A stretch of 64,000 nt of DNA from assembly GCA_964016885.1 (NCBI GenBank), contig CAXHJY010000842.1, positions 62,001 through 126,000 of the forward strand, read 5' to 3'. This stretch comes from Eledone cirrhosa (lineage: Eukaryota). The notes under the pieces are model-generated. The model made no database searches and was not told the DNA's origin. It saw only the letters and a program-made list of their open reading frames with translations. This document shows positions 15,323 through 29,829 of the stretch, one piece after another. The position numbers and the translations under genes were made by a program. Each line of letters starts with the position of its first letter. Position 1 is the stretch's first letter.

Positions 15323-15719
15323 GGTCATTTGTCGCTTTTGTGTTGTTTTTTTTGTTGTTTTTTGCGTCTATTCCTTAATAATTGTTTCTACTTTTTGGCA
15401 CAAGGCCAGCAATAACCCAGTGCATTACTGGTACTTTATTTTATCGAAAGCATACCCACAGACAGCTCTACTAATTCACGTGTCCAGTCAATGTACGTTA
15501 CTTTTCATTCAAGCAATTCTGGACGACCAGCTAACGACAGCCCCGATAGAACAGCTATGTACCTCACATACCAACAATACCTCAATTTTACAGCTTACCT
15601 CGAGTTACTCACCTTTGCTTTTCCTCGTCTATAAAAACAACGGCAACAAATTTCATGAACATTGAAACATGAATGTATACACACTGAAATGTGAATGGTC
15701 TACACATTTCTTTTGACCA

Positions 15720-16135
15720 TCATCTTTAAACGGAACTCTCCACTTAGTCTCACCCTGAAATACACATTTAGCTGGATGGAACGCTCTAGTTAGTCTCACC
15801 CTGAAATACAGTTTAACTGAATGGAATTTTCCACTTGGTCTCACCAAGGAGTTTAGCTTAATGGAACTCTCCAATGAGTCTCAACACGGAGTATATGCTT
15901 AGCTGAATCGTACTCTCCACACAGTCTCACTAAGGAGTACATGTTTAGCTGAATGGAACTCTCCACAGTCTCACTAAGGAGTACATGTTTAGCTGAATGG
16001 AACTCTCCACAGTTTCACTAAGGAGCGCATGTTTAGCTGAATGGAACTCTCCACAGTCTTACCATGAAGTACATCTTTATCTGAATGGAACTCTCCACTT
16101 AGTCTCATCGTGGAGTTCATGTTCAACCGTACGGA
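15720..16135. repeat. ~44-bp minisatellite, 9-10 diverged units
   Basis: Unit GTTTAGCTGAATGGAACTCTCCACAGTCTCACTAAGGAGTACAT. Confidence 0.88.
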
Positions 16136-16322
16136 TCTGCCAGTTAATGTATGTCTTGTAACTTTTACGATAGAGAATTTATTAACCCTAACCTTTTGAC
16201 ATTGAAAACTAATATTAAATATCCACATGCAACCTTTTGTCTTATCAATGTTGTTATTGTAAAAACGTAGGGGTAAAATCTTTCGTTTGGAATATCATAA
16301 GTTATTTTTCTTCTTCGCCCAC

Positions 16323-16550
16323 TTATTCCTGAGAGAGTCGTGGGGACAAAGTTTTCAAACACTCCTTCATGCGGGTCCTATCTGAAGCAAACCTCTCCAA
16401 TAGATCTGTCTGGATCCCCAAGCGAGACCAGCCGAGCTCAAGCATGTTATCCAACCCTCTTGCTCGGGGTCTTCTTTTGGGTCTCCTGCCGGTTTGGTTT
16501 TGCTCGTAAAATCTGTCCAGCGATTCTTTTCTGAGACATTTTAACCACAT
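16323..16550 (-). mobile_element. 3' end fragment of an RTE-clade LINE
   Basis: GRRPKRRPRARGLDNM..GWSRLGI..L..FASDR..LSPR resembles the RTE C-terminal GxRxxGRPRxRWxD..DRxxW region. Confidence 0.65.
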
Positions 16551-17471
16551 GCTGTCTCATAACAGTGACGGAAGAAATTCAGCAATAGACGTATATAATC
16601 GACAATAACCGGCAGAAGTGACTAAAACTCGGCTTTAAAATTAAACTGAAAGGTTTCGTTTTTGCTTTAAAACTAAGTTTGTTTGTATATTGTTTATATT
16701 GAAGAAATAGCTAAGCATCAGAGACAGGGAAGTTGAGAGCAATTACTTCCCATGTAGTATCTCATAAGGCGGCTAAGTGGCAGAGTTGTTAGAACGTCGG
16801 ATAGAATGCTTTGCCGTATATTCGTTCCGAAATTTGCTGTAATCAAACCTGGAGAGGGATGAGCTCCGCCAGGCTAAAACTGCCAAAGAAACGCCGTGGG
16901 TCACTACGGGGTTCATACGAGTTCATCACGAGTTACAGGACCACACCATACCATATCAATACCCCATAACTAATGATATTTAAACTACCATTGAGTTTCC
17001 TGGAGTTTGGCGGATTACTTAACAATTTCGCAGTGAGTTATCGTGAACTCATGAATTTCTTGAACCGCCTTGTTCAAATGAAAACATGTGGTGGTATTAT
17101 AAGCAAAAGCGTCATCGAAGCATTAGATACGATTTTTCTTTGGACTTCATATCCCTTTGTTTCGCCTCGTAGATCTATTGGTGGGCGGCAATTGACTGTA
17201 AATTTGTTATGGAGCATGTTAATGTCGTTACTGAAGCAATAGTTCACTAGTATAACTATTTCAGATATATATTATTGTTAAATGTGATACAGAAGTAATA
17301 GTTAGCTAATATATTAAGTTCATATGTAGATATGTCACTATCTGTAAACCAATTTTTGTATTTTATCTGACGATAGCGTACCAAAATACGGCTAGCCTTG
17401 AAATATATATAATAAAATAAATATGGTTTTATAAAGATAGTTTCCATTTATTAATATTATTGATATATACG

Positions 17472-17507
<36 letters not shown>

Positions 17508-18534
17508 ATATATACGTATATATATATATATATATATGTGGTACTGAAGCAATTTGTATAACTATTAGTATATTAGTATCCTGAAGTATAACGTTAATTA
17601 GTATAACTGTTTCAGAGATATGCATGTTACGTGATGTATCGACATTCGCTTATTAATTTTTCAGACCCCCCGTCCGCCACTTACTATCTCCGGCGAAATT
17701 TTATTTTAAGTGGTAGCATTCCTGCGACTGTTAATTTCCTTTATACATTAAAAAACATTACACATGGCAAAAAAGTACATTACTAGAAATTTCATATGTT
17801 ATAAAATATAGGATGGGTTGGGGTCTCAATATGTAAACTAAACGACTAATTCTAGTTTTTAAATAAATCAACGGAGACAACCTAGAAAAGTTACCGATTT
17901 TCCAACTACTCCCCGCTTATTCCACAACCCATCCCACTTACTCCAACTCCCCCGCTTATTTCACCCCCACCCTACCTTTACTCCAACCCACCCTGCGCTT
18001 ATTCCACGCTTATCCCACCCTAACCCTAACCCTTATTCCACTCCTCCCTACCCTTATTCCAACCCCTCCTATTATTTGAGACCCGAGAGTACTCCGACTA
18101 CAAACTACAACCCTAAACCTAACGTGGTAGATGTGTCAGGTCATTATAATTCTGGTTTTTTTTTAAATCAACGGAGACAACCTAAAAAAAATACTGTGCC
18201 CCCTACCCCTCCGCTTATTCCATTACCCGTCGCTTACTCTGACTCTCTCCACTTATTCTGCCCCCCCCCCCTATTATTTGGAACTCGAGAGTAGTTGTGG
18301 AGATGGACTAATCCAAATTCATTGCACCACTATCACAATCGTGGTGGTGATCGAGAGAGCCACTAGGATGGTGGAAGCCGACAGCTTTAGATGTGTTCTT
18401 GTGTGTGTGTGTGTGACAGCTCACAGCTATGCAGGTTTAGCTGGCCTCCTCCAAGGTCTATCTTGTTGGAGGTGTCTTGGGTTATTTAATGATAGGGACC
18501 CCAGTCCTATCATCTCATTTCTACAGCTAAGTAA

Positions 18535-18655
18535 ACTGGAGCAACGTGAAATAAAGTGTCTTGCTCAAGGAAACAACACATCAACCGGTCCGAGAATTGA
18601 ACTGACAACCTTTCGATTGCAAGCCCAAAGCTCTAACCACAAAACCATGTGCCTT
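18535..18655 (-). mobile_element. tRNA-derived CORE-like SINE (further copies 24978-25255 +, 25832-25950 -, 40605-40845 +)
   Basis: A/B boxes plus GTGT(T/C)CCTTGAGCAAGACACTTTATTTCACGTTGCTCC. Confidence 0.78.
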
Positions 18656-18703
18656 TAAGCTGTTCTTGTGTCTCGGATCAAATTGATTCCAGTTTAACAA
18701 CCA

Positions 18704-20890
18704 GCTATGTCAGTGTATATATAGTTATGTCAGTGTATATATAGTTATATCTGTGTATATATAGTTATGTCTGTGTATATATAGTTATGTCTGTGTGTAT
18801 ATAGCTATGTCAGTGTATATATAGTTATGTCTGTGTGTGTATATATAGTTATGTGTGTGTATATATAGTTATGTGTGTGTGTATATATAGTTATGTCTGT
18901 GTGTATATAGCTATGTCTGTGTATATATAGTTATGTCTGTGTATATATAGTTATGTCAGTGTATATATAGTTATGTCAGTGTATATATAGTTATGTGTGT
19001 GTATATATAGTTATGTCTGTGTGTATATATAGTTATGTCTGTGTATATATAGCTATGTCTGTGTATATATAGTTATGTCTGTGTATATATAGCTATGTCT
19101 GTGTATATATAGTTATGTCTCTGTGTATATATAGTTGTGTGTGTTTCTAGTTATGTCTGTGTATATATAGTTATGTGTGTGTATATATAGTTATGTGTGT
19201 GTATATATAGTTATGTCTCTGTGTATATATAGTTATGTCTCTGTGTATATATAGTTATGTCTGTGTATATATAGTTATGTCTGTATATATAGCTATGATT
19301 GTGTATATATAGTTATGTCTGTATATATAGCTATGACTGTGTATATATAGTTATGTCTGTATATATAGTTATGTCTATGTGTATATAGTTATGTCAGTGT
19401 ATATATAGTTATGTCTGTGTATATATAGTTATGTCTGTGTGTATATAGTTATGTCTGTGTATATATAGCTATGTCTATGTATATATAGTTATGTCTGTGT
19501 GTATATAGTTATGTCTGTGTGTATATATAGTTATGTCTGTGTATATATAGCTATGTCTGTGTATATATAGTTATGTCTCTGTGTATATATAGTTGTGTGT
19601 GTGTATATAGTTATGTCTGTGTATATATAGTTATGTGTGTGTATATATAGTTATGTGTGTGTATATATAGTTATGTCTCTGTGTATATATAGTTATGTCT
19701 GTGTATATATAGTTATGTCTGTGTATATATAGTTATGTCTGTGTATATATAGCTGTCTATGTATATATAGTTATGTCTGTATATATAACTATGACTGTGT
19801 ATATATAGTTATGTCTGTATATATAGTTATGTCTGTGTGTATATAGTTATGTCAGTGTATATATAGTTATGTCTGTGTATATATATTTATGTCTGTGTGT
19901 ATATAGTTATGTCTGTGTATATATAGCTATGTCTATGTATATATAGTTATGTCTGTGTGTATATAGTTATGTCAGTGTATATATAGTTATGTCTCTGTGT
20001 ATATATAGTTATGTCTGTGTACATATAGCTATGTCTATGTATATATAGTTATGTCTGTGTGTATATAGTTATGTCAGTGTATATATAGTTATGTCTCTGT
20101 GTATATATAGTTATGTCTGTGTATATATAGTTATGTCAGTGTATATAGCTATGTCTGTGTATATATAGTTATGTGTGTGTATATATAGTTATGTGTGTGT
20201 ATATATAGCTATGTCTGTGTGTATATAGTTATGTCTGTGTGTATATAGTTATGTATGTGTATATATAGCTGTCTATGTATATATAGTTATGTCTGTATAT
20301 ATAGCTATGACTGTGTATATATAGTTATGTCTGTATATATAGTTATGTCTGTGTGTATATAGTTATGTCAGTGTATATATAGTTATGTCTGTGTATATAT
20401 AGTTATGTCTGTGTGTATATAGTTATGTCTGTGTATATAGTTATGTCTGTATATATAGTTATGTCTCTGTGTATATATAGTTATGGCTGTGTGTATATTG
20501 TTATGTCTGTGTATATATAGCTATGCCTGTGCATATATAGTTATGTCTGTGTATATATAGTTATGTCAGTGTATATATAGTTATGTCTGTGTGTATATAT
20601 AGTTATGTCTGTGTATATATAGCTATGTCTGTGTATATATAGCTATGCCTGTGTATATATAGCTATGTCTGTGTATATATATAGTTGTCAGTGTATATAT
20701 AGTTATGTCTGTGTATATATAGTTATGTCTGTGTATATATATAGTTATGTCTGTGTGTATATAGTTATGTCAGTGTGTATATATAGTTATGTCTGTGTGT
20801 ATATAGTTATGTCTGTGTATATATAGTTATGTCTGTGTATATATAGTTATGTCTGTGTATATATAGTTATGTCTGTGTATATATAGTAAT
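18704..20890. repeat. ~20-bp satellite, about 105-110 units
   Basis: Unit AGTTATGTCTGTGTATATAT with +/-2 bp variants. Confidence 0.95.
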
Positions 20891-22410
20891 GTGTGTGTGT
20901 CTGTATGTGAGTCTCTGTATCTGTATGTGTAGTATATATATGTGAGTATATAGTTATGTCTATGTGTAGTTATGTGTATGTGTCTATATATGTGTGTATC
21001 TGTATGTGAGTCTGTGTATCTGCCAGTGTGAGTATGTGTATCTGTATGTGTGTGTATCTGTATGTGAGTCTGTGTATTTGCCAGTGTGTGTATGTATCTG
21101 TATGTGAGTCTGTGCATCTGCTAGTATGTGTATCTGTATGTGAGTCTATATATCTGTATGTGAGTATGTGTGTGTATTTGTATGAGTCTGTGTATCTGTA
21201 TGTGCGTATGTGTATCTGTATGTGTGTATCTGTATGTGAGTCTGTGTATGTGTGTGTGTATCTGTATGTGAGTATGTGTGTATCTACCAGTGTGTGTATC
21301 TGTATGTGTGTGTGTGTGTGTGTGTGTATCTGCCAGTGTGTGTATCTGTATGTGAGTGTGTGTATCTGTATGTGTGTATGTGTGTGTGTATCTGTATGTG
21401 AGTGTGTGTATCTGCCAGTGTGTGTATCTGTATGTGTGTGTGTGTATCTGCCAGTGTGTGTATCTGTATGTGTGTGTGTATGCGTGTGTGTATCTGTATG
21501 TGCGTGTGTGTATCTGCCAGTGTGTGTATCTGCCAGTGTGTGTATCTGCCAGTGTGTGTATCTGCCAGTGTGTGTATCTGTATGTGAGTGTGTGTATCTG
21601 CCAGTGTGTGTATCTGTATGTGAGTGTGTGTATCTGCCAGTGTGTGTATCTGTATGTGTGTGTGTGTATCTGCCAGTGTGTGTATCTGTATGTGAGTGTG
21701 TGTATCTGCCAGTGTGTGTATCTGTATGTGAGTGTGTGTATCTGTGTGTATCTGTATGTGAGTGTGTGTATCTGCCAGTGTGTGTATCTGTATGTGAGTG
21801 TGTGTATGTGTGTGTATCTGTATGTGTGTGTGTTTTTCTGCCAGTGTGTGTATCTGTATGTGTGTGTGTGTATCTGCCAGTGTGTGTATCTGTATGTGTG
21901 TGTGTGGTGTGTGTGGCGTGTATGTGAGTGTGGCGTGGAGGGGGGCCTGTGTGTACCATGTGTGTGTATGTGGTGTGTGTGGGGACGTGTGTGTACGACG
22001 TGTGTGTATGGCGTGTGTATGTGGTGTGCATGGGGGGACGTGTGTATACGACGTGTGTGTACGACGTATGTGTATGGCGTGTGGTGTGTGTGGTGTGCGT
22101 GTGTGTGGGGGGGGGGGTGTGTAGCATGTGTGAGAAGCGTGTGTATATGTGTGTGTGAGAAGCATGTGTGTGCATGCGTGTGTGTGACGTATGTGTGTGT
22201 GCGCGGCGTCTGTGTATGGGTATGTGACCTATGTGTGTGTGTGTGCAGCGTGTGGGGGGGGGGGGTATGTGACTGAGATGTGTGTGTGTATATGTGTGTG
22301 GCGTATGTATGTGACGTGTGTATGTGTGGCGTGTGTATGTGCATGGCGTGTATATATATATATATATCTATGTGTGTGTGTGTGTGTGTAGCATGCATGT
22401 GTATGACGTG

Positions 22411-22453
<43 letters not shown>

Positions 22454-22650
22454 AGCTTGTATGTGTATGGGGTGTATATATATATGTGTGTGTGTGTGTA
22501 TAGCATGTATGTGTGTGGCTTGTGTGTGACGTGTATATATATATATATGTGTATATGTGTAGCATGTATATTTGTGTGGCTTGTGTATGTGTGTGACGTG
22601 TATATATATATATGTATACGTGTAGCATGTATGTGTGTGTGGCGTGTGTA
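20891..22650. repeat. Compound TG-rich minisatellite (GTGTGTATCTGCCA / GTGTGTATCTGTATGTGA units) grading into degenerate (TG)n
   Basis: Directly visible. Confidence 0.92.
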
Positions 22651-22964
22651 TGTGATTTCGTTTAACATAACCAGATAAGAAGCAAGAGTGTGACAGTCAT
22701 GCTATGAATGTTAAAGACAATATCCAACCAGATTACTTTTGGCATGATTATATATCTTAAGATATAAAATATGTTCTTCTAAGACAATATGGATTTGATG
22801 TTAGAGAGACTCAACACTGATTTATGACTATTGAAATAGCAGCAGCAGCAGTAGGCTGACTACAACAACCGCCATTTGTAATTCAACGTTTACAGTGAAA
22901 CCACACTGACAGTCTGAGTAGTAAAGTCATGCTAAGACCGCTACTGATATCAACAAAAGGAAAT

Positions 22965-24116
22965 GAACGGACCAAGGAGTCAATGTTTCCATTGATCTTT
23001 CCATTGTTGATACTATCTCTCAAGGAAATGAGAGTTGAACATCAGAACGGACCAGGGAGTCAATGTTTCCATTGATCTTTCCATTGTTGATACTATCTCT
23101 CAAGGAAATGAGAGTTGAACATCAGAACGGACCAGGGAGTCAATGTTTCCATTGATCTTTCCATTGTTGATACTATCTCTCAAGGAAATGAGAGTTGAAC
23201 ATCAGAACGGACCAGGGAGTCAATGTTTCCATTGATCTTTCCATTGTTGATACTATCTCTCAAGGAAATGAGAGTTGAACATCAGAATGGACCAGGGAGT
23301 CAATGTTTCCATTGATCTTTCCATTGTTGATACTATCTCTCAAGGAAATGAGAGTTGAACATCAGAACGGACCAGGGAGTCAATGTTTCCATTGATCTTT
23401 CCATTGTTGATACTATCTATCAAGGAAATGAGAGTTGAGCATCAGAACGGACTAAGGAGTCAAAGTTTCCATTGATCTTTCCATTGTTGATACTGTCTAT
23501 CAAGGAAATGAGAGTTGATCATCAGAACGGACCAGGGAGTCAATGTTTCCATTGATCTTTCCATTGTTGATACTGTCTATCAAGGAAATGAGAGTTGATC
23601 ATCAGAACGGACCAGGGAGTCAAAGTTTCCATTGATCTTGCCATTGTTGATACTATCTCTCAAGGAAATGAGAGTTGATCATCAGAACGGACCAGGGAGT
23701 CAAAGTTTCCATTGATCTTTCCATTGTTGATACTGTCTATCAAGGAAATGAGAGTTGATCATCAGAACGCACCAGGGAGTCAAAGTTTCCATTGATCTTT
23801 CCATTGTTGATACTATCTCTCAAGGAAATGAGAGTTGATCATCAGAACGGACCAGGGAGTCAAAGTTTCCATTGATCTTGCCATTGTTGATACTATCTAT
23901 CAAGGAAATGAGAGTTGAGCATCAGAACGGACCAGGGAGTCAAAGTTTCCATTGATCTTTCCATTGTTGATACTATCTATCAAGGAAATGAGAGTTGAGC
24001 ATCAGAACGAACCAGGGAGTCAAAGTTTCCATTGATCTTTCCATTGTTGATACTGATTGTAAAGGAAATGAAAGTAGTTGATCGTGACATCAAACCAAGG
24101 AATCAATGTTTCCATT
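22965..24116. repeat. 80-bp tandem satellite, about 14 copies
   Basis: Exact 80-bp period (ATCAGAACGG at 23041, 23121, 23201 and onward). Confidence 0.97.
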
Positions 24117-26229
24117 AGTCGTCAATAGAATGAAGGCCAAATAAATCAGTTCCGAGTCACGAAAGGTAGCCTCGAAATCCCTTATCATTAGTAAGTTCTG
24201 GTGTGATGTAGAGAACTTTAAGGGTGAGAAGTTAATGACGAAAGAAATACCGACTATAGCATTGTAACAGGAAACCGATGACCAAGATCACCCTTCCAAT
24301 CAGGTATATGTGATAGAAGATACCTACTCCCATCATTCAAGCGGATAGCTGCGCTCGAGTTCAAATCACACCGAGGTTAGCTCTGCCATTCATCCTTACG
24401 GTGTCGGTAAAATAAAGTACCAATAACATACAGAGATCGATTTAATCGACTTTCCCCTCCCCTAAAAGTGTTGGCCTTGTGAGTTGGCAGTATCGATAGG
24501 GCGTTGGACATGTTTTACGGCACAGTTCAAATCCCGCGGAGATTAACTTTGCCTTTCATCTTTACGGTCACGTCTGTCTGTAAGTGTGGATTATTTCGTT
24601 GAGTTTTCTTTTACTCTTTGGTATTTAAAATACATTCATATTATGGTTTAAATTAAAATAATCAGAGATAGACAAAAACATATTAATAACATTTTTTAAT
24701 TTGTTGGAAATGTTTTACTCTTTCGAAAAGCTGCACAAAATGGCATAATGGTAGTGGTGGTGGTGATGATGGTTGTGAGTACATTATTTATGTGGACTGT
24801 GCAGTAAGAAATGAAGGCTTAGTAATTTTCTTAATGTGGTCAAAACTAGATTCGTTAGCTTGCTAAACTGTAAGTTGGAATTATTTTATTTAGGAGGAGG
24901 GGGACGCACATTGTAGAGCCAGCCAAGGGGGCTAAACATTCAAGCGCCGGCTCGGGATATAGCTAGTCCCTATAAAGCCGCATGGCCTAATGGTTAGGAT
25001 GTTGAACTTACGATCATCATGTCATCGATTCGATTCCTGGACACGGTGCTGCGTTGTGTTCTTGAGCAAAATACTTTATTTCTCATTGCTACATTACAGC
25101 CAGTTGAGATTACCAGCAGCTGCTGGGAAGTTAATCGTGCGATAGATCGGTGTCTTGTTCAGGGATAGCCTTGTACTCTCAATAGCTTAATGCCAAGGAA
25201 ACCCGGGATAAGCACTGGCTTGATGAGCCTTCGACTTAGAACAGACTTAAACTAACTTAATTCTGAAAGTGTATCTAATAAGAGATTTCTTGTTTATTGT
25301 AATACTAGGGGAGGAGAGGGCAGTCCTATTATGTGAATATACATTTACATCTAAACTAAGTGAAAATGGCAGATGAAAAGAGTACATACTTACGAAATCA
25401 AATAAACATATTTATCTATAACACAACATAAAAAAATATTTGAAACGCCAGACAGCTATAATAACCCAATAGTTTAGTATGTAAAAGACTCTTTATACAT
25501 ATATTTCTATTTCAATATATTGATGTCATTAATATTATTTAAAATATTGAGTGTGTCTCTAGAATTATTATTATTCAACGGCAATACAAAATAGTTTAAT
25601 CATATAAATGTACTGCAACAAACTCAACTGTTTAACGCATTGTTGATTGTTGTTGGATCTCCGTCGATTCTCACGATGAGTGTTCCAGTTATTTTTCTCA
25701 ATGGAACAGCCTGTTCGTGAAATCAACATGCTACTGATTGAATATTCCGCAGACACGAGTGCCCTTAACGTAATTCTCAAGGGGGTTTCAGCGTGGCAAT
25801 TTGATTTACAAGGTGCAACTCATTTTGGCCAGTGGAGCAACGTGAAATAAAGAGTCTTTCTTGCTCAAGGACACGATGTGCTGCCAGGAATGGAAAGTAC
25901 GGTCTTACAATCATGTGCTGAACACCTTAACCACTATGCCTCGCACCTTCACATTTACCGTATATACACCGCATATACACCGCCATCCACATTATTTCTA
26001 CGAGCATTGTATACCGGTAATGTAGCAAGATTTCTTAGCTCCTGGATAGAGGCACTTTTGCAAACCCTAACAAGCTAGAGGAAATACCTGCATATAGGGC
26101 TGGTTGGAAACTTTCTCGTTCCTTTAGTTACAACAATGTTGAATAGTTTCTTGTTTCACACATATTACAGCATTGGTCCTCAACCTGGACTCCGCAAACG
26201 CTAAGCTCAAATTTGCTTTGTTATAAAAA

Positions 26230-26422
26230 TACCGAGGTGCTGAAAAGTTCCTGGCTTAAGGGTATCGTGAAAATGTAGAGTTATTACCTTTACAAGAGAG
26301 GGAGTAGGACCGCTGCAATAAGTGTGTAAATTTGAGCGGGAAATATGTTGAATAAAATCATAATTGACTGATCCTCCTGTATTTCCTATTACCCAAGCCA
26401 GGAAGTTTTCAGCACCCACGTA
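26230..26422. mobile_element. Mariner-like MITE
   Basis: TIRs ..GGTGCTGAAAAGTTCCTGGCTT / AAGCCAGGAAGTTTTCAGCACC.. with TA at both ends. Confidence 0.75.
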
Positions 26423-27930
26423 TTATACACACACTATTGGGTATTTCTTCTCTAAATATAAACATTTTTTTCTCTTGGTTGTTATTTTCACTGTGTAAAC
26501 AATTTCAAATATTTTATTAACATAATACATACACAATTATTGAGTATCCATTCTTCTATAAGTATGAATATTTCTCTTTTTTTATTGTTATTCTTGCTGT
26601 ATAACAATATCAAATACTTTGCTATGAATATATTGGATGGTTCAGTGACTCCCGAGGGACTCTTTGGGGCACCGTATTGATATACGGCGTCATTAGGGTG
26701 GATTGGCAGTATCGGTAGAGGGTCGGACGCTTGCAGCATAGGTCTGAGTTCAAATCTCTCCGAGGCTAACTTTGCCTTTCATCCTTACGGGGTTGATAAA
26801 ATAAAGTACCAGTAATGCACTGGGATAATTGCTGGCCTTGTGCTAAAAGTAGAAACAGTTATTAGGGTTCTTTTTAAACCTGGGGGAGCGCAATCCTCTC
26901 CAGGTCTGAATACAGCAGATTTCCTCCAGAGAAGGATAGTGTGAAAGAAAGGAAGTGAGAAAGAGATATAGAAGAATCGACCCCAGTACTAGACTGGTAC
27001 TTTTTGTATCGATGTGAATGGATGAAAGGCAAAGTTGACCCCGCCCCCTCCCGAGATTTGAACTCAGAGTGCTGAGAGTCGAAACGAATACCACAAAGCA
27101 TTCTAACGTGGGTATTGTAAGGTATTACGAGGGGAGTAATTGCTCTCAGCAATTAATGAAGATTTGGTATGAGGTGTCTGAGTCGTTTCAGTGGGAGAGA
27201 TTATGGAAGAATGAAGGGTGGTATCACCTGTGTACAGGTGAGTGGCGTTGTTTGATGGGATAGCAAGTCAGTGATTGATACATAGAAGTTAGATGATGGT
27301 AGATTGTGGGAAGATATTATGGGGTTTGTTTACAACCAAATCAAAGTTAGAGGTGACTAGAACATCGACACTTCTGATTAATCGATATTTGTTATATTCC
27401 AGAAGCCCTGGCGCTACAATTAAGGCCAACTAGGCAGCTGATTAGGGTGCAGAGCTCAGAAAGACACATTACAAAACCTTAAGGAATCATAATTTTATAC
27501 AAATTTGAACAATGATATCAAATATATGATAATTTGCTGCGATGAATGAATAAATCACTAAACATATTTATCGCCTTGCAGAGACATAGGAATATCCAAA
27601 GAGGTGGAGAGCTCCATTTGGTATTATGTCTTATCACATGATTTGGTGTGTTGAGTATCGACTGTGTAGGGGGAAATACAAGCTAAGTAATTTTCTTGGT
27701 AAGAAGAGTTAAAAACTAGATTCGTCAGCCTATCAAACTGTGGGTTGAAACTGTTTTATTTAGAAGTTTGGTGGGCTGGGAGAGGGGGCACATTGTAGAA
27801 CTAACCCAGTGCGTTAAATAGCCAGGCGCTGGCTCTAATATCATGGTGTGTTAAAACACCCAAATCAATGTCCATAGTCACTGAAATATTAACACAAACG
27901 TTTAATCGATTTATATTATACTCTCTCTCT

Positions 27931-27961
<31 letters not shown>

Positions 27962-27972
27962 TGAAAAATTTT

Positions 27973-28110
27973 GGACCCTGACAGATTAGCTCCAGCCGTT
28001 TCAACTGCCAGATCCGAACTGAAACGGCCGGAGCTCAGCCGTCGGGGTCACGAATTTTTCATATTACCCAATCTACTACCCCAAATATCGAGTACTCTGG
28101 TAATAGCGCT
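27973..28110 (+). mobile_element. Fold-back pLTR tail of the Hydra-type element at 1774-3849
   Basis: GAAACGGCCGGAGCTCAGCCGTCGGGGTC..ATTACCCA.TCTACTACCC matches 1843-1920; preceded by its own diverged reverse complement. Confidence 0.7.
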
Positions 28111-28267
28111 ACCTTATATATATGTATGTATATATATACAGGGAGACTACTCTTTATCCACCTAACCTTAACTCTTTGACATTAGAGATAGAACAGATAC
28201 TCCATACCATTTCCTGTCAGCATGACTTGGCAATCTATTTAGAACACTGGTTTAACCGCTTTACTTC

Positions 28268-28302
28268 CCTCCGAAGAAGAGATATTATCTCGAAAATTAA
28301 GG
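28268..28302 (+). ncRNA. Hammerhead-like motif with CCGAAGA core
   Basis: CCT CCGAAGA A GAGAT ATT ATCTC GAAA AT TA AGG. Confidence 0.5.
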
Positions 28303-28481
28303 ACATTTAAATAAATCTAAGGTAAAAGACTAATTGTCAACAATATATTTTGCATTTGCATTCTTTATTCTATGTCCATACCTGCATTGTTTTGGCTTTA
28401 TTATACATATACAAACGTTTATACCTCATTACACAATGCTTCAAGTGAACTATAACCTCCTCCCATATATATATATATTTA

Positions 28482-28514
<33 letters not shown>

Positions 28515-28602
28515 GTAAAAGGTAAACAGAAATAACAACACAATCAGTACAGTATATGGAAGGAATATATTAGGTTAACGCTTGAAATAGCAGGAAGAGG
28601 GT

Positions 28603-28636
28603 CTTAACGTTTTGGACGCTAGTCCTTCATCAGAAG
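28603..28636 (-). ncRNA. Degenerate minimal HHR in a PLE 3' end
   Basis: CTT CTGATGA A GGAC TAGC GTCC (G>A)AAA CG TT AAG. Confidence 0.55.
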
Positions 28637-28912
28637 AAAGAATGAGAAATAAGATAGATTGAGGGGACGGGTAGGTTGGAATTGGAAAAATATATATATA
28701 TAACAGTTAAAAAGTGTGACAACCTTTCTGTATTTATCGTTGTTGTAGTATGGGCACTGCCTTCGGTCGTTTTTCTTGATGTCACATATTTTACCTGATG
28801 TGTTTACTCTGGATGGTAATGTATTAACATACCGATCCGTTGAGTGCTTTGTGATTGCCTCAAACGAATCGATTAGTACCTGATATATGGCAGGTACAAA
28901 TTCGATTCATAC

Positions 28913-28974
<62 letters not shown>

Positions 28975-29104
28975 ATTATCCAAGATGTAGTAATGGTTAA
29001 TTACTATACTGGATATGGTTGACGTACGGTGAGAGGTTACTCTACGAGTTATGGAAGAATTGTTGAAGAAGCTTAGTTCCTGATCCTTCTGTATTCCGGA
29101 GTGT

Positions 29105-29445
29105 ATATAAAGAATGAATAATAACAGGTAGACATCATAAAAAGGTAATTTATTCCGTGTGCTTACAAATGTTTCCACGGTGGTACTACAGCCTAGTTAT
29201 GCTATGTGCAAATTTACAAGTATTTGCAGAACTCAAATATCCAATGCTGTGACCACTGTATCCTCAGAGCAGAATTCTGCTCTGAGGATACAGTGGTCAC
29301 AGCATTGGATATTTGAGTTCTGCAAATACTTGTAAATGTGCACATAGCATAACTAGGCTGTAGTACCACCGTGGAAACATTTGTAAGCACACGGAATAAA
29401 TTACCTTTTTATAATGTCTACCTGTTATTATTCATTCTTTATATA
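29105..29445. mobile_element. Near-perfect ~340-bp palindrome formed by two head-to-head HHR-bearing pLTR tails
   Basis: Centre GAATTC at 29272-29277; arms differ at about 2 positions. Confidence 0.8.
29278..29389 (+). ncRNA. Type I hammerhead ribozyme with ~85-nt stem II (inverted copy at 29160-29271)
   Basis: TGCT CTGAGGA TAC-A-GTGGT-C-ACAGC ... GCTGT-AGT-ACCAC-C-GTG GAAA CATTTG TA AGCA. Confidence 0.72.
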
Positions 29446-29525
29446 TATATATATTTAAAGGGCATACCCATAACTTTGGATGACATAGACATATACAGTA
29501 ACTTCACGTTACACTCCCTGGGTAC

Positions 29526-29557
<32 letters not shown>

Positions 29558-29829
29558 AATAAACAACACAATACAATTATTCCATTTACCAAAGGTTTCA
29601 CGAAGACAGTCGTTCATCAGAAAGGAAAATTTAATATGGATGTAAGATATGAAATTAAAAGCAAAAGCTATTACAATTGAAAGGGAGGCTGAAATAAAAT
29701 TAAAAAAATAGAAAAATAAAATACCGAGAAAATATATATATATGTATATTTACAATATATATATATATATATATATATATCATTACAGAATAAATTATTT
29801 ATTAAGTTGTCATAATTAATTATATATGT

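Noticed and set aside
17905-18125. Telomeric repeat (CCCTAA) tract
   Set aside because: Only 2-3 imperfect units within a C-rich degenerate repeat.
22965-24116. CRISPR-like or HHR-satellite reading of the 80-bp array
   Set aside because: There are no unique spacers and no cas genes. CTGATGA occurs on the minus strand of only some units, and no stem I or stem II can be formed.
29586-29625. Additional HHR candidates (also ~810-840 and ~39646)
   Set aside because: A core half is present but stem I or the GAAA/UH side cannot be paired convincingly.
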